Positions 9,703-20,254 are shown, counted from the stretch's first letter. The stretch is 64,000 nucleotides of DNA from an uncultured Pelagibacteraceae bacterium (GCA_902566775.1 CACFKF010000001.1:59167-123166); one strand, 5' to 3'. The notes: generated by a model not told the origin, from the sequence alone. Numbers and translations: made by a program.

Positions 9703-10536
9703 TTAAAATTTTCCTTTATGTTTAAGACCAATGTAGAATATTTTTGCTAGCTCGTCATTAGCTTTATTTCTCGTATCAATATTTTCTTTTTCCATAGTTT
9801 TTAATGGACGATCAGCATGTTCATGGAAATTAAATAAATCCTTTCCTCTTGCTTGCTGAACATAAACCTTACCAATTACTTGCTCTACATTAGTTCCTAT
9901 ATAACTTTGAATTACAAAACCTATTCTCCTTTTATTGCTTTTATTTATTCCAGATCCATGTGCTATTCTTGGATGGTGTAATGACATTTGTCCTGCTTTT
10001 AAGATGACTAGTTCTGTTTTTTTTATTGGAACGTTTTCAATAGTTTGTCCCCTTGTTAATAAATTTCCTCGATCATAATCAAACTTTTCTTTGTGGATTT
10101 TTAATTCATGTTTATGAGTACCTGGCCACATTCTCATACAACCATTTTCTTCATTTGAATCTGTTATAGCTAACCAGGCAGTAACCCAATTATGAGGTTC
10201 AAAACCAATATACTTTGCATCTTGATGAAAGCTAACAAAACCTTTTTTATCAGGATCTTTTATAAATAAAGTTGTTCCAGCAACAAGAATATTTTTTCCA
10301 ATTATAGATTCAACTGCATCTAAAATTTTTGAATTATGTACAACTTTATCAAATATAGGTGAAATTAAATGAACATAATTTCTTCCTAAGCCTTCTAATT
10401 CATTAGGCCATTTTTTTTCTATAAATTCTATTTCTTCTTTAACTTCATTTGCTTCATCTTTTGTTAAGACATCGATAGGTGAAAAATAACCTTTTTCATT
10501 ATATTCATTAATCTCTTTTTTTGACAAATGAGACAT
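9703..10536 (-). CDS. Phytanoyl-CoA dioxygenase (PhyH) family Fe(II)/2-oxoglutarate dioxygenase
   Basis: HQD...HGSGINKSNKRR facial triad and 2OG-binding Arg; TAWLAITDSNEENGCMRMWPGTH. Confidence 0.88.
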   Translation of the reverse strand: MSHLSKKEINEYNEKGYFSPIDVLTKDEANEVKEEIEFIEKKWPNELEGLGRNYVHLISPIFDKVVHNSKILDAVESIIGKNILVAGTTLFIKDPDKKGFVSFHQDAKYIGFEPHNWVTAWLAITDSNEENGCMRMWPGTHKHELKIHKEKFDYDRGNLLTRGQTIENVPIKKTELVILKAGQMSLHHPRIAHGSGINKSNKRRIGFVIQSYIGTNVEQVIGKVYVQQARGKDLFNFHEHADRPLKTMEKENIDTRNKANDELAKIFYIGLKHKGKF

Positions 10537-10542
10537 TTATTT

Positions 10543-12765
10543 TTAATTGACTAAAGGTTTTCCAGTTGCAAGTGTATGTTTAATTCTGTCTTGTGTATTT
10601 TTGTTTTCTATTAGTCTCATAAAAGAGTCTAATTCTAATTTAAACAAATCATCTTCGGTAAGAGTTTTGTCTATTGTTGTTTCTCCACCACTCAGTACGT
10701 TTGCTAGTTCTTTACCTACTTCAAAGCCGTGATTTAGTATTACTTTTTCATTATAAAGTTTCTCTAAAATTTTAACCATTTTTTCTTTAAGAGGTTTTCC
10801 TGACAAATTAAATGTGCATTCTTTTGGTGATTTAAAATCTTGGTTGTCTTTTAATATTTTTTTAGATACAGAAAATAAACTATTTCTATTCATGATTTTT
10901 TTATCTTCTGATTTTAAATATTTTAAAGGCTCTGCTTCTACTGGTGAAGTAGCTGTTTTTGCATAACCAATAATATCAAATACTTTTAAAGGTGCATAAT
11001 CAGGATCGGATTTAGCTTCTTCTGACTGTGACCATCTCCATAACATTTCTTTACACCCGCCCCCTGCAGGAATTAAACCTACTATTGTTTCTACAAGTCC
11101 AATTACAATATTCATATGGGAAGCTACGAAATTACTTTGAACTAAAACTTCAAAACCTCCACCAAGAGTTAACCCTGATGGGGCTGAAACAACAGGATGT
11201 CTAGAGTATTTTAAATGTTTACATGTTTCTTGAAAATATTTAATAAATTTTTCTATAGATTTAAAGTCCCCTTTGTCAGCAAAATTCATTGTGTATGTTA
11301 AGTTTACTCCTGCCGAAAATTGCATGCTTTCATTTATTATAATTAATGGTTTATCAGTTGCATTTTTCAAACTATCCATTGAATTATAATCAAGAGCATT
11401 TGCTTTTGTTTTAAACTCAACAATATTAAAATCTTTAAATCTATAAATTTCAGCTGACTTATTCTTATCTATTTTGATTGCTTGTAGTTTAATTTTTCCC
11501 AAGGTTTCAATGTCTGTATAGAGTTGACGTTCTCCATAAAAGTTTTCGTTTTTATTATTTGATAAATTTTCTAAAAATTTGTTATTTTTATAATCATCAA
11601 TACGATTAAAGAAATTATCTACACCTATTTCTTTTAACATTTCAAATGGTCCCATCGTCCAGTTAAATCCCAGACGCATTGCTTCATCAATATCATTGAA
11701 TTGATTGGTAATACCTGGGACGAGTGAAGAAGCATATTTTATTATTTTTGAAATAACTGACCAGGCATACTCTCCATATTTATCTTTTCTATTAATCAAA
11801 TTTTTTAAATCAACTGTGTCTATCCCAAGGTCTATTTTTTTAACATTCGAATATTTACCGCTTTCTAAATTTATTGCTTCTAAAAATTTTTGATTATTAA
11901 CCTTATTCATTCTATAGAAGCCCCCTTTACCTTTTCTGCCTGTATAACCATTTTCGATTAATTGTTTCACTAGTGGAATTTCCTTTGCGACAACATGGAA
12001 AGGATCTGTTTGTGGAAGCTCTTTAATAAAACTTTTAAGAACATCTGCCATTAAATCAATTCCAATCAAATCATAAAGACCAAAAACTCCAGTTTTAGGT
12101 ATTCCCATAGGCCGGCCAAAAATTGCATCCGCTTCTTCTATAGATAATTTCATTTTAAAAGCTTCAGTCATAGCAATCTGCATTGCATAAACGCCTATTC
12201 TGTTTCCTAGGAATCCCGGCGTATCATTACAAATAATTGCACCTTTTCCCAATTGATCTTCACAAAATTTCTTTAGATCATTTATTTTTTTTAAATCATT
12301 ATTCTCATTCTTAACGATTTCCAAGAGACCCATATATCTGACTGGATTAAAAAAATGAGTAATACAAAAATCTTTTTTTTCTTCATCAGATAGGTTTTGA
12401 GATAAAACTTTTATAGGAATTGAAGATGTATTTGATGAAACAATAGCTCCATTTTTTCTTTCTTTAAATATTTTTTGATAAATATTGTGTTTAATATCAA
12501 TTCTTTCAACTACAGCTTCAACTATCCAATCTGCTTCCTTAACGACATGAAAGTCATCATTAATATTTCCGGTATTAATATTATTAATTTTTGATTTATC
12601 TAATAACAAAGGAGGTCTTGATTTATAAATTCTCTCTCTAGCTTTTTCACTAATTTCGGTTTTTAAATCTAATAATGTAACTGGTATATTTGCATTACAT
12701 AAATGAGCTGCTATTCCACTTCCCATTGTTCCTGATCCGATTACAACAACTTTTTTTATTTCCAT
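10543..12765 (-). CDS. fadN: 3-hydroxyacyl-CoA dehydrogenase / enoyl-CoA hydratase fusion (FadN-like)
   Basis: GSGTMGSG, EAVVE, SNTSS, HFFNP and PGFLGNR, then a C-terminal crotonase part (FSAGVNL, LGGGFE, GLVETIVGLIPAGGG). Confidence 0.85.
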   Translation of the reverse strand: MEIKKVVVIGSGTMGSGIAAHLCNANIPVTLLDLKTEISEKARERIYKSRPPLLLDKSKINNINTGNINDDFHVVKEADWIVEAVVERIDIKHNIYQKIFKERKNGAIVSSNTSSIPIKVLSQNLSDEEKKDFCITHFFNPVRYMGLLEIVKNENNDLKKINDLKKFCEDQLGKGAIICNDTPGFLGNRIGVYAMQIAMTEAFKMKLSIEEADAIFGRPMGIPKTGVFGLYDLIGIDLMADVLKSFIKELPQTDPFHVVAKEIPLVKQLIENGYTGRKGKGGFYRMNKVNNQKFLEAINLESGKYSNVKKIDLGIDTVDLKNLINRKDKYGEYAWSVISKIIKYASSLVPGITNQFNDIDEAMRLGFNWTMGPFEMLKEIGVDNFFNRIDDYKNNKFLENLSNNKNENFYGERQLYTDIETLGKIKLQAIKIDKNKSAEIYRFKDFNIVEFKTKANALDYNSMDSLKNATDKPLIIINESMQFSAGVNLTYTMNFADKGDFKSIEKFIKYFQETCKHLKYSRHPVVSAPSGLTLGGGFEVLVQSNFVASHMNIVIGLVETIVGLIPAGGGCKEMLWRWSQSEEAKSDPDYAPLKVFDIIGYAKTATSPVEAEPLKYLKSEDKKIMNRNSLFSVSKKILKDNQDFKSPKECTFNLSGKPLKEKMVKILEKLYNEKVILNHGFEVGKELANVLSGGETTIDKTLTEDDLFKLELDSFMRLIENKNTQDRIKHTLATGKPLVN

Positions 12766-12814
12766 AAATGAAATGATTTTTATCTTATAATACTCTGTCT
12801 GAAAATGATCAAAT

Positions 12815-13696
12815 TTATCTTTGCTTAATTCCTCTTAGTCTTTCAGATCTTCTTCTTAGCATTTCAACTGTTGTTAACAAAGCAATTGATAATGCTACTA
12901 AACATGTTGCCATACATAAAATAACAGGGCTAGTTTCTTGACGAAGTCCTGCCCACATCTGTTTTGGTATAGTTATTTGTTCAACACTGCCGACAAACAT
13001 AACAACTACAACTTCATCAAAAGAAGTGATAAATGCAAATAATCCTCCTGAGATTACACCAGGAAGAATTAGAGGCATAATAACTTTGAAAAATGTTCGC
13101 ATTGTATCTGCTCCTAAACTTTGCGACGCTCTAATTAAATTGGTATCAAAACCAGTTAAAGTAGCTGTAACTGTGATCACAACAAATGGTGTTCCAAGGG
13201 CAGTATGTGCAAGAATTAATCCTAGATAAGTGTGAGTTAATCCAATTTTTGAATAAAAGAAAAACATTCCTGCTGCAGTTATGATTAGTGGAACGATCAT
13301 TGGTGAAATTAATATTGCCATAAGAACAGGTTTAAATGGCATATGTGGTCTGCTTAGACCTAACGCAGCAACAGTGCCGAGTGCAGTTGCAAGAAGTGTA
13401 GCAATAATTCCAATAAAAAAACTATTTCTAGTCCCTAACATCCACTTGTCGGTAACAACCGTTGTATCCCCTATACTGCTAATACCAACCATTTGCCTGT
13501 ACCATCTAAGCGACCAGGCTTCTGGCTCAAGATTCATAAATTCTCTTGTAAATTCAAAAAATGGTGATGCACTGAATGACAATGGAAGAATTATAAATAT
13601 TGGTGCAATTAAAAAGAAAAAGACTAAACTACAATAAGTTAAAAAAGAATAATATCCTATTTTTTGTCCAGTTGTTGCGTATGAAGGTAAAGCCAT
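12815..13696 (-). CDS. potC: Pot-type ABC transporter permease II
   Basis: EAA-like loop RASQSLGA and FITSFDE; part of the potADBC cluster. Confidence 0.85.
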   Translation of the reverse strand: MALPSYATTGQKIGYYSFLTYCSLVFFFLIAPIFIILPLSFSASPFFEFTREFMNLEPEAWSLRWYRQMVGISSIGDTTVVTDKWMLGTRNSFFIGIIATLLATALGTVAALGLSRPHMPFKPVLMAILISPMIVPLIITAAGMFFFYSKIGLTHTYLGLILAHTALGTPFVVITVTATLTGFDTNLIRASQSLGADTMRTFFKVIMPLILPGVISGGLFAFITSFDEVVVVMFVGSVEQITIPKQMWAGLRQETSPVILCMATCLVALSIALLTTVEMLRRRSERLRGIKQR

Positions 13697-13698
13697 AA

Positions 13699-14952
13699 TT
13701 ATCCTAATTTAATATTTTCTATTCCTACTATTTTATTATAAGCCCAATACAAAACGGTCATCACTGCTAAAAGTATAGCTCCTAATGCAGCACAAAGTCC
13801 CCAATTCAAAGTTGTTTTTAAATGATAAGCAATCCAGTTCCCTACCATTTGTCCATCCTTGCCACCTACTAATTCAGGAGTAATATAATATCCAATCGCA
13901 ATTATAAATACGAGCAAACAACCTGCACTGACACCAGGAATTGAATTTGGCATGTAAATTTTATAAAATGCATGTATCGGAGAAGCTCCAAGGTTTAAAG
14001 CTGCCCTCATATATGTTGGTGAAATAGTTTTCATTACGCTATACAACGGTAAAACCATAAAAGGTAATAAAATTTGAGTCATTACTATTATAACTGCTGT
14101 TTGGTTGTACATAAGCTGCCACCGATTTTCATCTGCAATCAAACCTGCCATAACCATTAAATTGTTAAATACACCTTTTTGCTGCAACATAACCATCCAG
14201 GCGACAGTTCGAACTAATAATGATGTCCAAAAGGGAAGTAATACGCATATCATTAAAAGATTGCTATATTTCATAGGCAGTGTTGCAAGCAAATATGAAA
14301 TTGGATATCCCAAAAGCAAACAAAAAAATGTAACTAAAATACTTACCTTAAATGTTTTAATCCAAGTTTTGTTATAAATTCGTCTATTTTCTTTTTGCTG
14401 AACTACATTTTTGTTTGAATCATATTTTAAATCAACAGCATTTAAATAATATCCCATAGTAGTTGGATCAACCATTTGCCCCAAAGCTTTCCAATATTCA
14501 GGGTCCCCCCATCTTTTATCGGTTGCAATCATTTTTTCTTTGTAAGGACCTTCTTCAATTTTTTTAAATTTTCTTTTAGATTTTTTTAATAAACTTTTCC
14601 AACCAGACTTAGAATAGTTCATTCTGGTGCTTGCTTTACCAACGCTATAGCCTTCACTATCCTTTAATTCAAAAAACATTGTTTTGTATACTTCTTCAGA
14701 AGGAAGATCTTGCCTATCCCATTTTTTATAAACCTCAAAAGTTTTTGGGAAAACTGTATTAATTTGTCTGTCATCAATACTTCGAGCTAACATGTCACCG
14801 ATTGGAATTAAGAATGTAATTAATATAAATGCCAAAAGCGGGAGTACCAAAAGAAATGCTCTTATTTTATTTATACGTTCAGCTTTCTTAAGACTAACTT
14901 TTAATGGAATTCCATCACTCGTTAATATTGGTCCTGATACTGTTTGATTCAT
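13699..14952 (-). CDS. potB: Pot-type ABC transporter permease I with large soluble insertion
   Basis: LLPFWTSLLVRT, LPFMVLPLY and RAALNLGA. Likely start is ATG 14952, 6 nt after a TATAAT box. Confidence 0.85.
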   Translation of the reverse strand: MNQTVSGPILTSDGIPLKVSLKKAERINKIRAFLLVLPLLAFILITFLIPIGDMLARSIDDRQINTVFPKTFEVYKKWDRQDLPSEEVYKTMFFELKDSEGYSVGKASTRMNYSKSGWKSLLKKSKRKFKKIEEGPYKEKMIATDKRWGDPEYWKALGQMVDPTTMGYYLNAVDLKYDSNKNVVQQKENRRIYNKTWIKTFKVSILVTFFCLLLGYPISYLLATLPMKYSNLLMICVLLPFWTSLLVRTVAWMVMLQQKGVFNNLMVMAGLIADENRWQLMYNQTAVIIVMTQILLPFMVLPLYSVMKTISPTYMRAALNLGASPIHAFYKIYMPNSIPGVSAGCLLVFIIAIGYYITPELVGGKDGQMVGNWIAYHLKTTLNWGLCAALGAILLAVMTVLYWAYNKIVGIENIKLG

Positions 14953-14984
14953 AAAATCATTATACAATAGAATTTTTACACAAC

Positions 14985-15019
14985 AAAAAAAAAGGCGAGA
15001 TAAAAATCTCGCCTTTTTT
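14985..15019 (-). terminator. Intrinsic terminator / stabilising hairpin after potD
   Basis: AAAAAAGGCGAGAT-AAAA-ATCTCGCCTTTTTT stem followed by a U-tract on the minus strand. Confidence 0.8.
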
Positions 15020-15037
15020 AAATTATATTACGAATTA

Positions 15038-16099
15038 TTAGCTACCTTTCCAGGCACCAAATCTTTCGTGAACTTCAGCTCCATTGTCAGCCCACCAAAA
15101 TGGATCCGCTATAACAGCTCTTTTTAGAACTTTTGGATCAGTTGGCATGTGAGGCATGATATCAATATTACCAGAATCTGTTATGAACCAAGGTTCACCT
15201 TTTTTGATAATATTAATACTAGATTTTCTCATTGGACCGTATGGAATGTATTTAGCTTGTTCAGCATTCGATTCTGCAGTCGAAGCGTGAGCCATAAATC
15301 TAAGTGCTTCAGCTTCGTTTCCACCTTTGATTGCTACAAGGTATTCTTGTTCAAGAACTGTAGCATCCCAAATGTATTCGAAGTTTTTACCTTCAGAAAG
15401 GATAGCAGCACCAATTCTACCGTTGTATGCTAATGACATAACAACTTCACCGCTTGATACTAACTCAAGTGGTTTAGAACCTGCAGACCAAAATACAACA
15501 TGATCTTTTATTTCATCTAGTTTTGCAAATGCTCTGTCTATTCCTTCAGGAGTACTCATTACATCGTATACTTTGCTTGCTTTAACTCCATCAGCAACTA
15601 GTGCCATTTCGATTAAAGCGTTTGCCCAAGTATGTATTCCTCTTTTTCCAGGAAACTTTTTAACATCAAAGAAATCTTTAATGTTTTTTGGTTTTTTTCC
15701 TGGGAAAGCTGCTTTGTCATAAAATGCAGTGTAAGCCCAAAAGATTTGCGGAACAACACAGTCAGAAACTGGTGGTACCACTAAATCATTTATGAATTCA
15801 CTTTGATCTACTTTAGCAAATAAGCCTTCGTCGCAACCAGTAATCGCTTGGTCTGGAAGTACGTCTACTACATCCCAAGTTACATTTCCTGCTTCTACTT
15901 GTGCTTTGATTTCACCAAGACCACCGTTGTAGTTTTCAACAGTAATAGATCCACCTTTGTCATAAGTATCTATGTAAGCCTTTTGTTGGCTGGCTGTATA
16001 AGCCCCACCCCAAGAAACGAATGTTATATCTGCTATTGCAGATCCAACGAACGCCATTGAGATTAAACCAAAAAAAGCTGCTTTGATTGTTTTTCTCAT
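15038..16099 (-). CDS. potD: ABC transporter substrate-binding protein, PotD/PotF family
   Basis: Signal peptide; SWGGAY, AQVEAGNVTWDVVD, FFDVKKFPGKRG and AYNGR. Confidence 0.85.
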   Translation of the reverse strand: MRKTIKAAFFGLISMAFVGSAIADITFVSWGGAYTASQQKAYIDTYDKGGSITVENYNGGLGEIKAQVEAGNVTWDVVDVLPDQAITGCDEGLFAKVDQSEFINDLVVPPVSDCVVPQIFWAYTAFYDKAAFPGKKPKNIKDFFDVKKFPGKRGIHTWANALIEMALVADGVKASKVYDVMSTPEGIDRAFAKLDEIKDHVVFWSAGSKPLELVSSGEVVMSLAYNGRIGAAILSEGKNFEYIWDATVLEQEYLVAIKGGNEAEALRFMAHASTAESNAEQAKYIPYGPMRKSSINIIKKGEPWFITDSGNIDIMPHMPTDPKVLKRAVIADPFWWADNGAEVHERFGAWKGS

Positions 16100-16107
16100 T
16101 ATTTTCC

Positions 16108-16140
16108 CCTTTAAATTAAATTTAATTTAAGTTTTAAAGG
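16108..16140 (-). promoter_or_regulatory. Palindromic 5' leader / operator-like element adjoining the potD Shine-Dalgarno
   Basis: Perfect 20-bp palindrome TTAAATTAAATTTAATTTAA (16111-16130), overlapped by an outer CCTTTAAA/TTTAAAGG inverted repeat. Confidence 0.4.
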
Positions 16141-16210
16141 CGGAAGTAAAACATAATTACTTAAAGACTGCAAAACGTTTTTTTTATTGATTTTTCCTAA
16201 GTTAATTACT

Positions 16211-17299
16211 TTAATTAAGGTCTAAAGCCCTAGAATCTGAAGCTTTCCAAGACAGTTTGACTGTCGCACCTTCTTTTAAATTTGCTCCCTTATAAGAATT
16301 TGGGATTTTAACTATAAATTGATCATTTCCACAAACCTCGACTCGGGACCTTATATGGTCACCTAAATATATTAGTTCTTTTACTTTTGCGTCAAAATTA
16401 TTTTCAAAATTTTCTGATGAATTAATAGCAACCCTCTCAGGTCTTAATGAAACTAAAGAACCATCACCATTGTTGTTTACGTTTATTTTCAAGGCCTGAA
16501 TATCGTCTCCGGATTCTGTAGTAATGATACAATTTTCTCCATTAATTGATTTCACTTTACCTTTTAGTTGATTATTCTCTCCAATAAATTGTGCAACAAA
16601 AGAACTATTTGGTTTTTCATATAAAACATCTGGAGAAGAAATTTGTTGAATCTTTCCATCATTAAAAACTGCAATTCGATTTGACATTGTTAAAGCTTCG
16701 CTTTGATCGTGAGTTACATAAACAACCGTAATCCCAATTTTTTCATGAATATGTTTAATTTCATATTGCATTTGTTCTCTTAAATTTTTATCAAGTGCTC
16801 CAAGTGGTTCATCCATCAAAACTAATCTTGGTTCAAACACTAAAGATCTAGCCAATGCAACACGTTGTTGCTGTCCTCCAGATAATTGTAAAGGCATACG
16901 ATTTCCAAAATCTTGTAATTCAACCATTGAAAGTGCATTTGAAACTTTTTCTTCGATTTCAGATTTTTCCATTTTTCTAACTTCAAGTGGGAAAGATAAA
17001 TTTTCTTTTACAGTCATGTGAGGAAATAAAGCGTAATTCTGAAAAACCATACCTATTCCTCTTTTATTTGGTGGAATACTGCTTATTGGATTTCCATCCA
17101 AATAAATCTCTCCGCTCGTGGGTGTTTCAAAGCCAGCTAGCATCATTAAAACAGTTGTCTTGCCTGATCCAGATGGTCCTAACATTGTTAAAAACTCACC
17201 TTTTGGAACATCAAGATTTAAATCTTTAACGACCAATATTTCGCCATCGTAGCTTTTATCTACCTTCTCAAATTTAACGAAACTATCTTTTTCAGACAT
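16211..17299 (-). CDS. potA: Pot-type ABC transporter ATP-binding protein
   Basis: GPSGSGKT, FQNYALFPHM, LSGGQQQR and a C-terminal TOBE-like domain. Confidence 0.9.
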   Translation of the reverse strand: MSEKDSFVKFEKVDKSYDGEILVVKDLNLDVPKGEFLTMLGPSGSGKTTVLMMLAGFETPTSGEIYLDGNPISSIPPNKRGIGMVFQNYALFPHMTVKENLSFPLEVRKMEKSEIEEKVSNALSMVELQDFGNRMPLQLSGGQQQRVALARSLVFEPRLVLMDEPLGALDKNLREQMQYEIKHIHEKIGITVVYVTHDQSEALTMSNRIAVFNDGKIQQISSPDVLYEKPNSSFVAQFIGENNQLKGKVKSINGENCIITTESGDDIQALKINVNNNGDGSLVSLRPERVAINSSENFENNFDAKVKELIYLGDHIRSRVEVCGNDQFIVKIPNSYKGANLKEGATVKLSWKASDSRALDLN

Positions 17300-17337
17300 A
17301 AAGATTTAAAACATTTGTTAAGATTTTTTTCAAGTTC

Positions 17338-18504
17338 TTATTTTATATGTAAATCTCTTGAAAAATTGCAAAATAATTCATTTCCTTTATCGGTAACTCT
17401 AACTGACTCTGATGCTTCTACACCCCATTCACCAAATTGCATTACAGCAATCATATGAAAACATACATTAGGTTGTAAAACTGTCATGTCACCTTTGTAA
17501 ATATTTAAAGTATGTTCGCCCCAATCTGGTGGATAACCAATTCCAATTGAATACCCAGTACGGGATTCTTTTTTTATATTATATTTGTCTAACACTCCCC
17601 AAAATTTTTGAGCAACATCGTCAGCTGTATTTCCGGGTTTTGTAACAGCAATACCGGCATCAAGAGCTTCGTTTGTTGCTTTCATAGCATCTATTTTTTT
17701 TTGATCAGGTTTACCAAGAAGGACTGTTCTAGCCATTGGACAATGATATCTTTTATTAACTCCAGATAATTCAACTATTGTTGCTTCTCCTTCAACGAAC
17801 TTATCGTCAGTTGCTGTTAAATGTGAAGCTGATGTTCCTTTTCCCGTTGGTAACAATGTTGCAATACTTGCATATTCTCCTCCAATTTCTGGTGTACCCC
17901 TAAAAAGTGCTCTTTGAATTTCAGCAACTGCATCACATTGTCTAACTCCAGGATTAATACTTTCCATAGCTACGTTCATTGCTTTTTGAGATATTAGCGC
18001 TGCTCCTTTCATAAGATTTATTTCCGCTTCAGATTTTACTAACCTTGCCCAATTAACTAATCTTTCTGAGTCAACAATTTTTGCATTAGGCAAACCTTGT
18101 TTTAGTTTTTCATAACAATATGCTGTAAAATAATGACTATCCATTTCAACGCCAATATTTAACTTGTCCCACTTATTTTTTTTTATTAATTCTATTAAAG
18201 GATCATAAGGATGCATTGGCCACGTATGAATATACTTTTCCTCATAAACTATTATATTTTCTCTCTTCAAATAAGTTTTTATATAAGCGCCACCAGCATC
18301 TTGTGCTCTTACAAAACATAAAGGCTCTTCAGCATTCACATGAACTATTGCACATTGAGAATAATAAAATGACCAAGCATCATATCCTGTTAAGTAATTC
18401 ATGTTATTAGTGTCTTGGGAAATTAATAGCTCAATACCTTTATCTTGCATTGAGGCTTGAACTTTTTTTAATCTTTGTTTGTATTCTTCTTTGCTAAACA
18501 ACAT
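17338..18504 (-). CDS. doeA: M24 / creatinase-fold hydrolase, ectoine hydrolase-like (DoeA/EutD)
   Basis: NMNYLTGYDAWSFY, LVNWARLVKS, RYHCPMART and GYSIGIGYPPDWGEHT, all characteristic of EutD/DoeA; adjacent to an EutA-like gene. Confidence 0.78.
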   Translation of the reverse strand: MLFSKEEYKQRLKKVQASMQDKGIELLISQDTNNMNYLTGYDAWSFYYSQCAIVHVNAEEPLCFVRAQDAGGAYIKTYLKRENIIVYEEKYIHTWPMHPYDPLIELIKKNKWDKLNIGVEMDSHYFTAYCYEKLKQGLPNAKIVDSERLVNWARLVKSEAEINLMKGAALISQKAMNVAMESINPGVRQCDAVAEIQRALFRGTPEIGGEYASIATLLPTGKGTSASHLTATDDKFVEGEATIVELSGVNKRYHCPMARTVLLGKPDQKKIDAMKATNEALDAGIAVTKPGNTADDVAQKFWGVLDKYNIKKESRTGYSIGIGYPPDWGEHTLNIYKGDMTVLQPNVCFHMIAVMQFGEWGVEASESVRVTDKGNELFCNFSRDLHIK

Positions 18505-18506
18505 AA

Positions 18507-19253
18507 TTAATTTGTTGAAAATAACTTGCCAAAACCATGAATGGAAATATTTTTACCAATATTTTCTAAAGTATCCCAAATTAAAGCTTGATTGCTAGAT
18601 AAAACAGGTTTGTTTAATTTTTTTTCAAGTTTTTCAATTATTTGTAGTACTGGTAAAGCTGTGCAAGATACAAACAGAGCATCCGCATCATTTAAATCAA
18701 TCTTTGAAAGTACTTCATATAGATAATTTTGATCAACTTTACCAATATCAATATCAGATTCTATATCAAAATAAGAATTTGATTTAACATCAAAGTTTTC
18801 TTTTTTAAAATATTCAACTACTTCATCATTTAATTTTTTACTATATGGCGTAAATATAGATAATTTTTGAATTTTTAATTTCTTTAAAGCTTTTATAGCA
18901 GCTGTGCTTGGAGTTGTAACTTTTGCTTCTGGTTTTGCTATTTTAACTTTTTTTTCAATTGAACTATATCCAGCAGCTATAGTTCCTGAAGTACAGGCAT
19001 ACACTACACAGTCTAATTTTTCATCAGGGAGTATATCTTTTGTAACCTCAGTTACCTTCTCGGACATTTTTATTAAATTTTCGCGTGTTAAAGGATTATA
19101 ACATTCTATTCGATTTACAAAAAAATCTATATCCTTGTCTTTAATTACATTAATAAAGTCTTTTTCAATCATAAAATCGCTAGCTAGTGCTATCAAACCT
19201 ATTCTAGGATTTGGATTAGGATTATATTTTGGCTCTACTTTTGTTGAATACAT
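18507..19253 (-). CDS. eutA: Asp/Glu racemase / maleate isomerase family protein (ectoine utilisation EutA-like)
   Basis: RIGLIALASD, YACTSGT, TPY, FVSCTAL and SSNQA. Confidence 0.72.
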   Translation of the reverse strand: MYSTKVEPKYNPNPNPRIGLIALASDFMIEKDFINVIKDKDIDFFVNRIECYNPLTRENLIKMSEKVTEVTKDILPDEKLDCVVYACTSGTIAAGYSSIEKKVKIAKPEAKVTTPSTAAIKALKKLKIQKLSIFTPYSKKLNDEVVEYFKKENFDVKSNSYFDIESDIDIGKVDQNYLYEVLSKIDLNDADALFVSCTALPVLQIIEKLEKKLNKPVLSSNQALIWDTLENIGKNISIHGFGKLFSTN

Positions 19254-19312
19254 TTTTAAAAAAGAAATATATCATAAGGTTATTAATATTCATTAAAATT
19301 AAAGAGGTTGTT

Positions 19313-20254
19313 ATGAAAATAGGTTTTATAGGACTTGGCAATGTTGGGGGGAAGCTTGCCGGCAGTTTGTTAAGGAATAAATTTGATTTAACAGTAAGAG
19401 ATTTAGACGAAAAAATCTCAAAAAGTTTTATTGATAAGGGAGCCAAAGTTGCAAATACTGTAAAAGAATTAACTAAAGATGCCGATCTAATAATAACCTG
19501 TTTACCCTCTCCAGAGGTTTGTTCTGAAGTTATGGAAGCAGATGACGGCGTTATACATAATCTTTCAAAAAATAAAATATGGTTGGAGATGAGCACCACA
19601 GATGAATCCGAGGTAAAACGGCTAGGAAAATTAGTTGCTGCAAAAGGAGCTATTCCTCTTGACGGCCCAGTAAGTGGTGGTTGTCATAGAGCCACAACAG
19701 GAAATATAGCTATATTTGTTGGGGGAGAAAGAAAAGCTTTTGAAAAAATACTAAATATCTTAACCGTCATGGGTAGAAAAGTTTTGCACACAGGTGAACT
19801 TGGCTCTGCTTCAATTTTAAAAGTAATTACTAATTATTTAGCTTCAACACATTTAGCTGCATTAGGAGAAGCGTGGGCAGTAGCTAAAAAATCTAATTTG
19901 GACTTGGTAAAAACTTATAAAGGTATAGCTGTATCGTCAGGAAATTCATTTGTTCACGAAACAGAAAGCCAAGTAATCTTAAATGGTTCTTATAATATTA
20001 ATTTTACAATGGACCTAGTAGTAAAAGACACAACGCTGTTTGATAATCTAGCAAATAAATTAAATACACCTCTGGAAATCTCTCCATTATTAGTGAAAAT
20101 TTTTAAAGACGGTCAAAAAAAATACGGTTCTAGAGCTTGGTCCTCAATGATAGTTAAAAGAATGGAGGATAAAAATAACATAAAATTTAGGGCTAAAGGT
20201 TTTCCATCAGAACTCGTGGATACCGAGTCAGAGGAAAGAGGTTATGAGATATAA
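19313..20254 (+). CDS. NAD(P)-dependent beta-hydroxyacid dehydrogenase (3-hydroxyisobutyrate dehydrogenase family)
   Basis: MKIGFIGLGNVG, EMSTT, DGPVSGG and LKVITN; GAGG RBS before ATG 19313. Confidence 0.88.
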   Translation: MKIGFIGLGNVGGKLAGSLLRNKFDLTVRDLDEKISKSFIDKGAKVANTVKELTKDADLIITCLPSPEVCSEVMEADDGVIHNLSKNKIWLEMSTTDESEVKRLGKLVAAKGAIPLDGPVSGGCHRATTGNIAIFVGGERKAFEKILNILTVMGRKVLHTGELGSASILKVITNYLASTHLAALGEAWAVAKKSNLDLVKTYKGIAVSSGNSFVHETESQVILNGSYNINFTMDLVVKDTTLFDNLANKLNTPLEISPLLVKIFKDGQKKYGSRAWSSMIVKRMEDKNNIKFRAKGFPSELVDTESEERGYEI

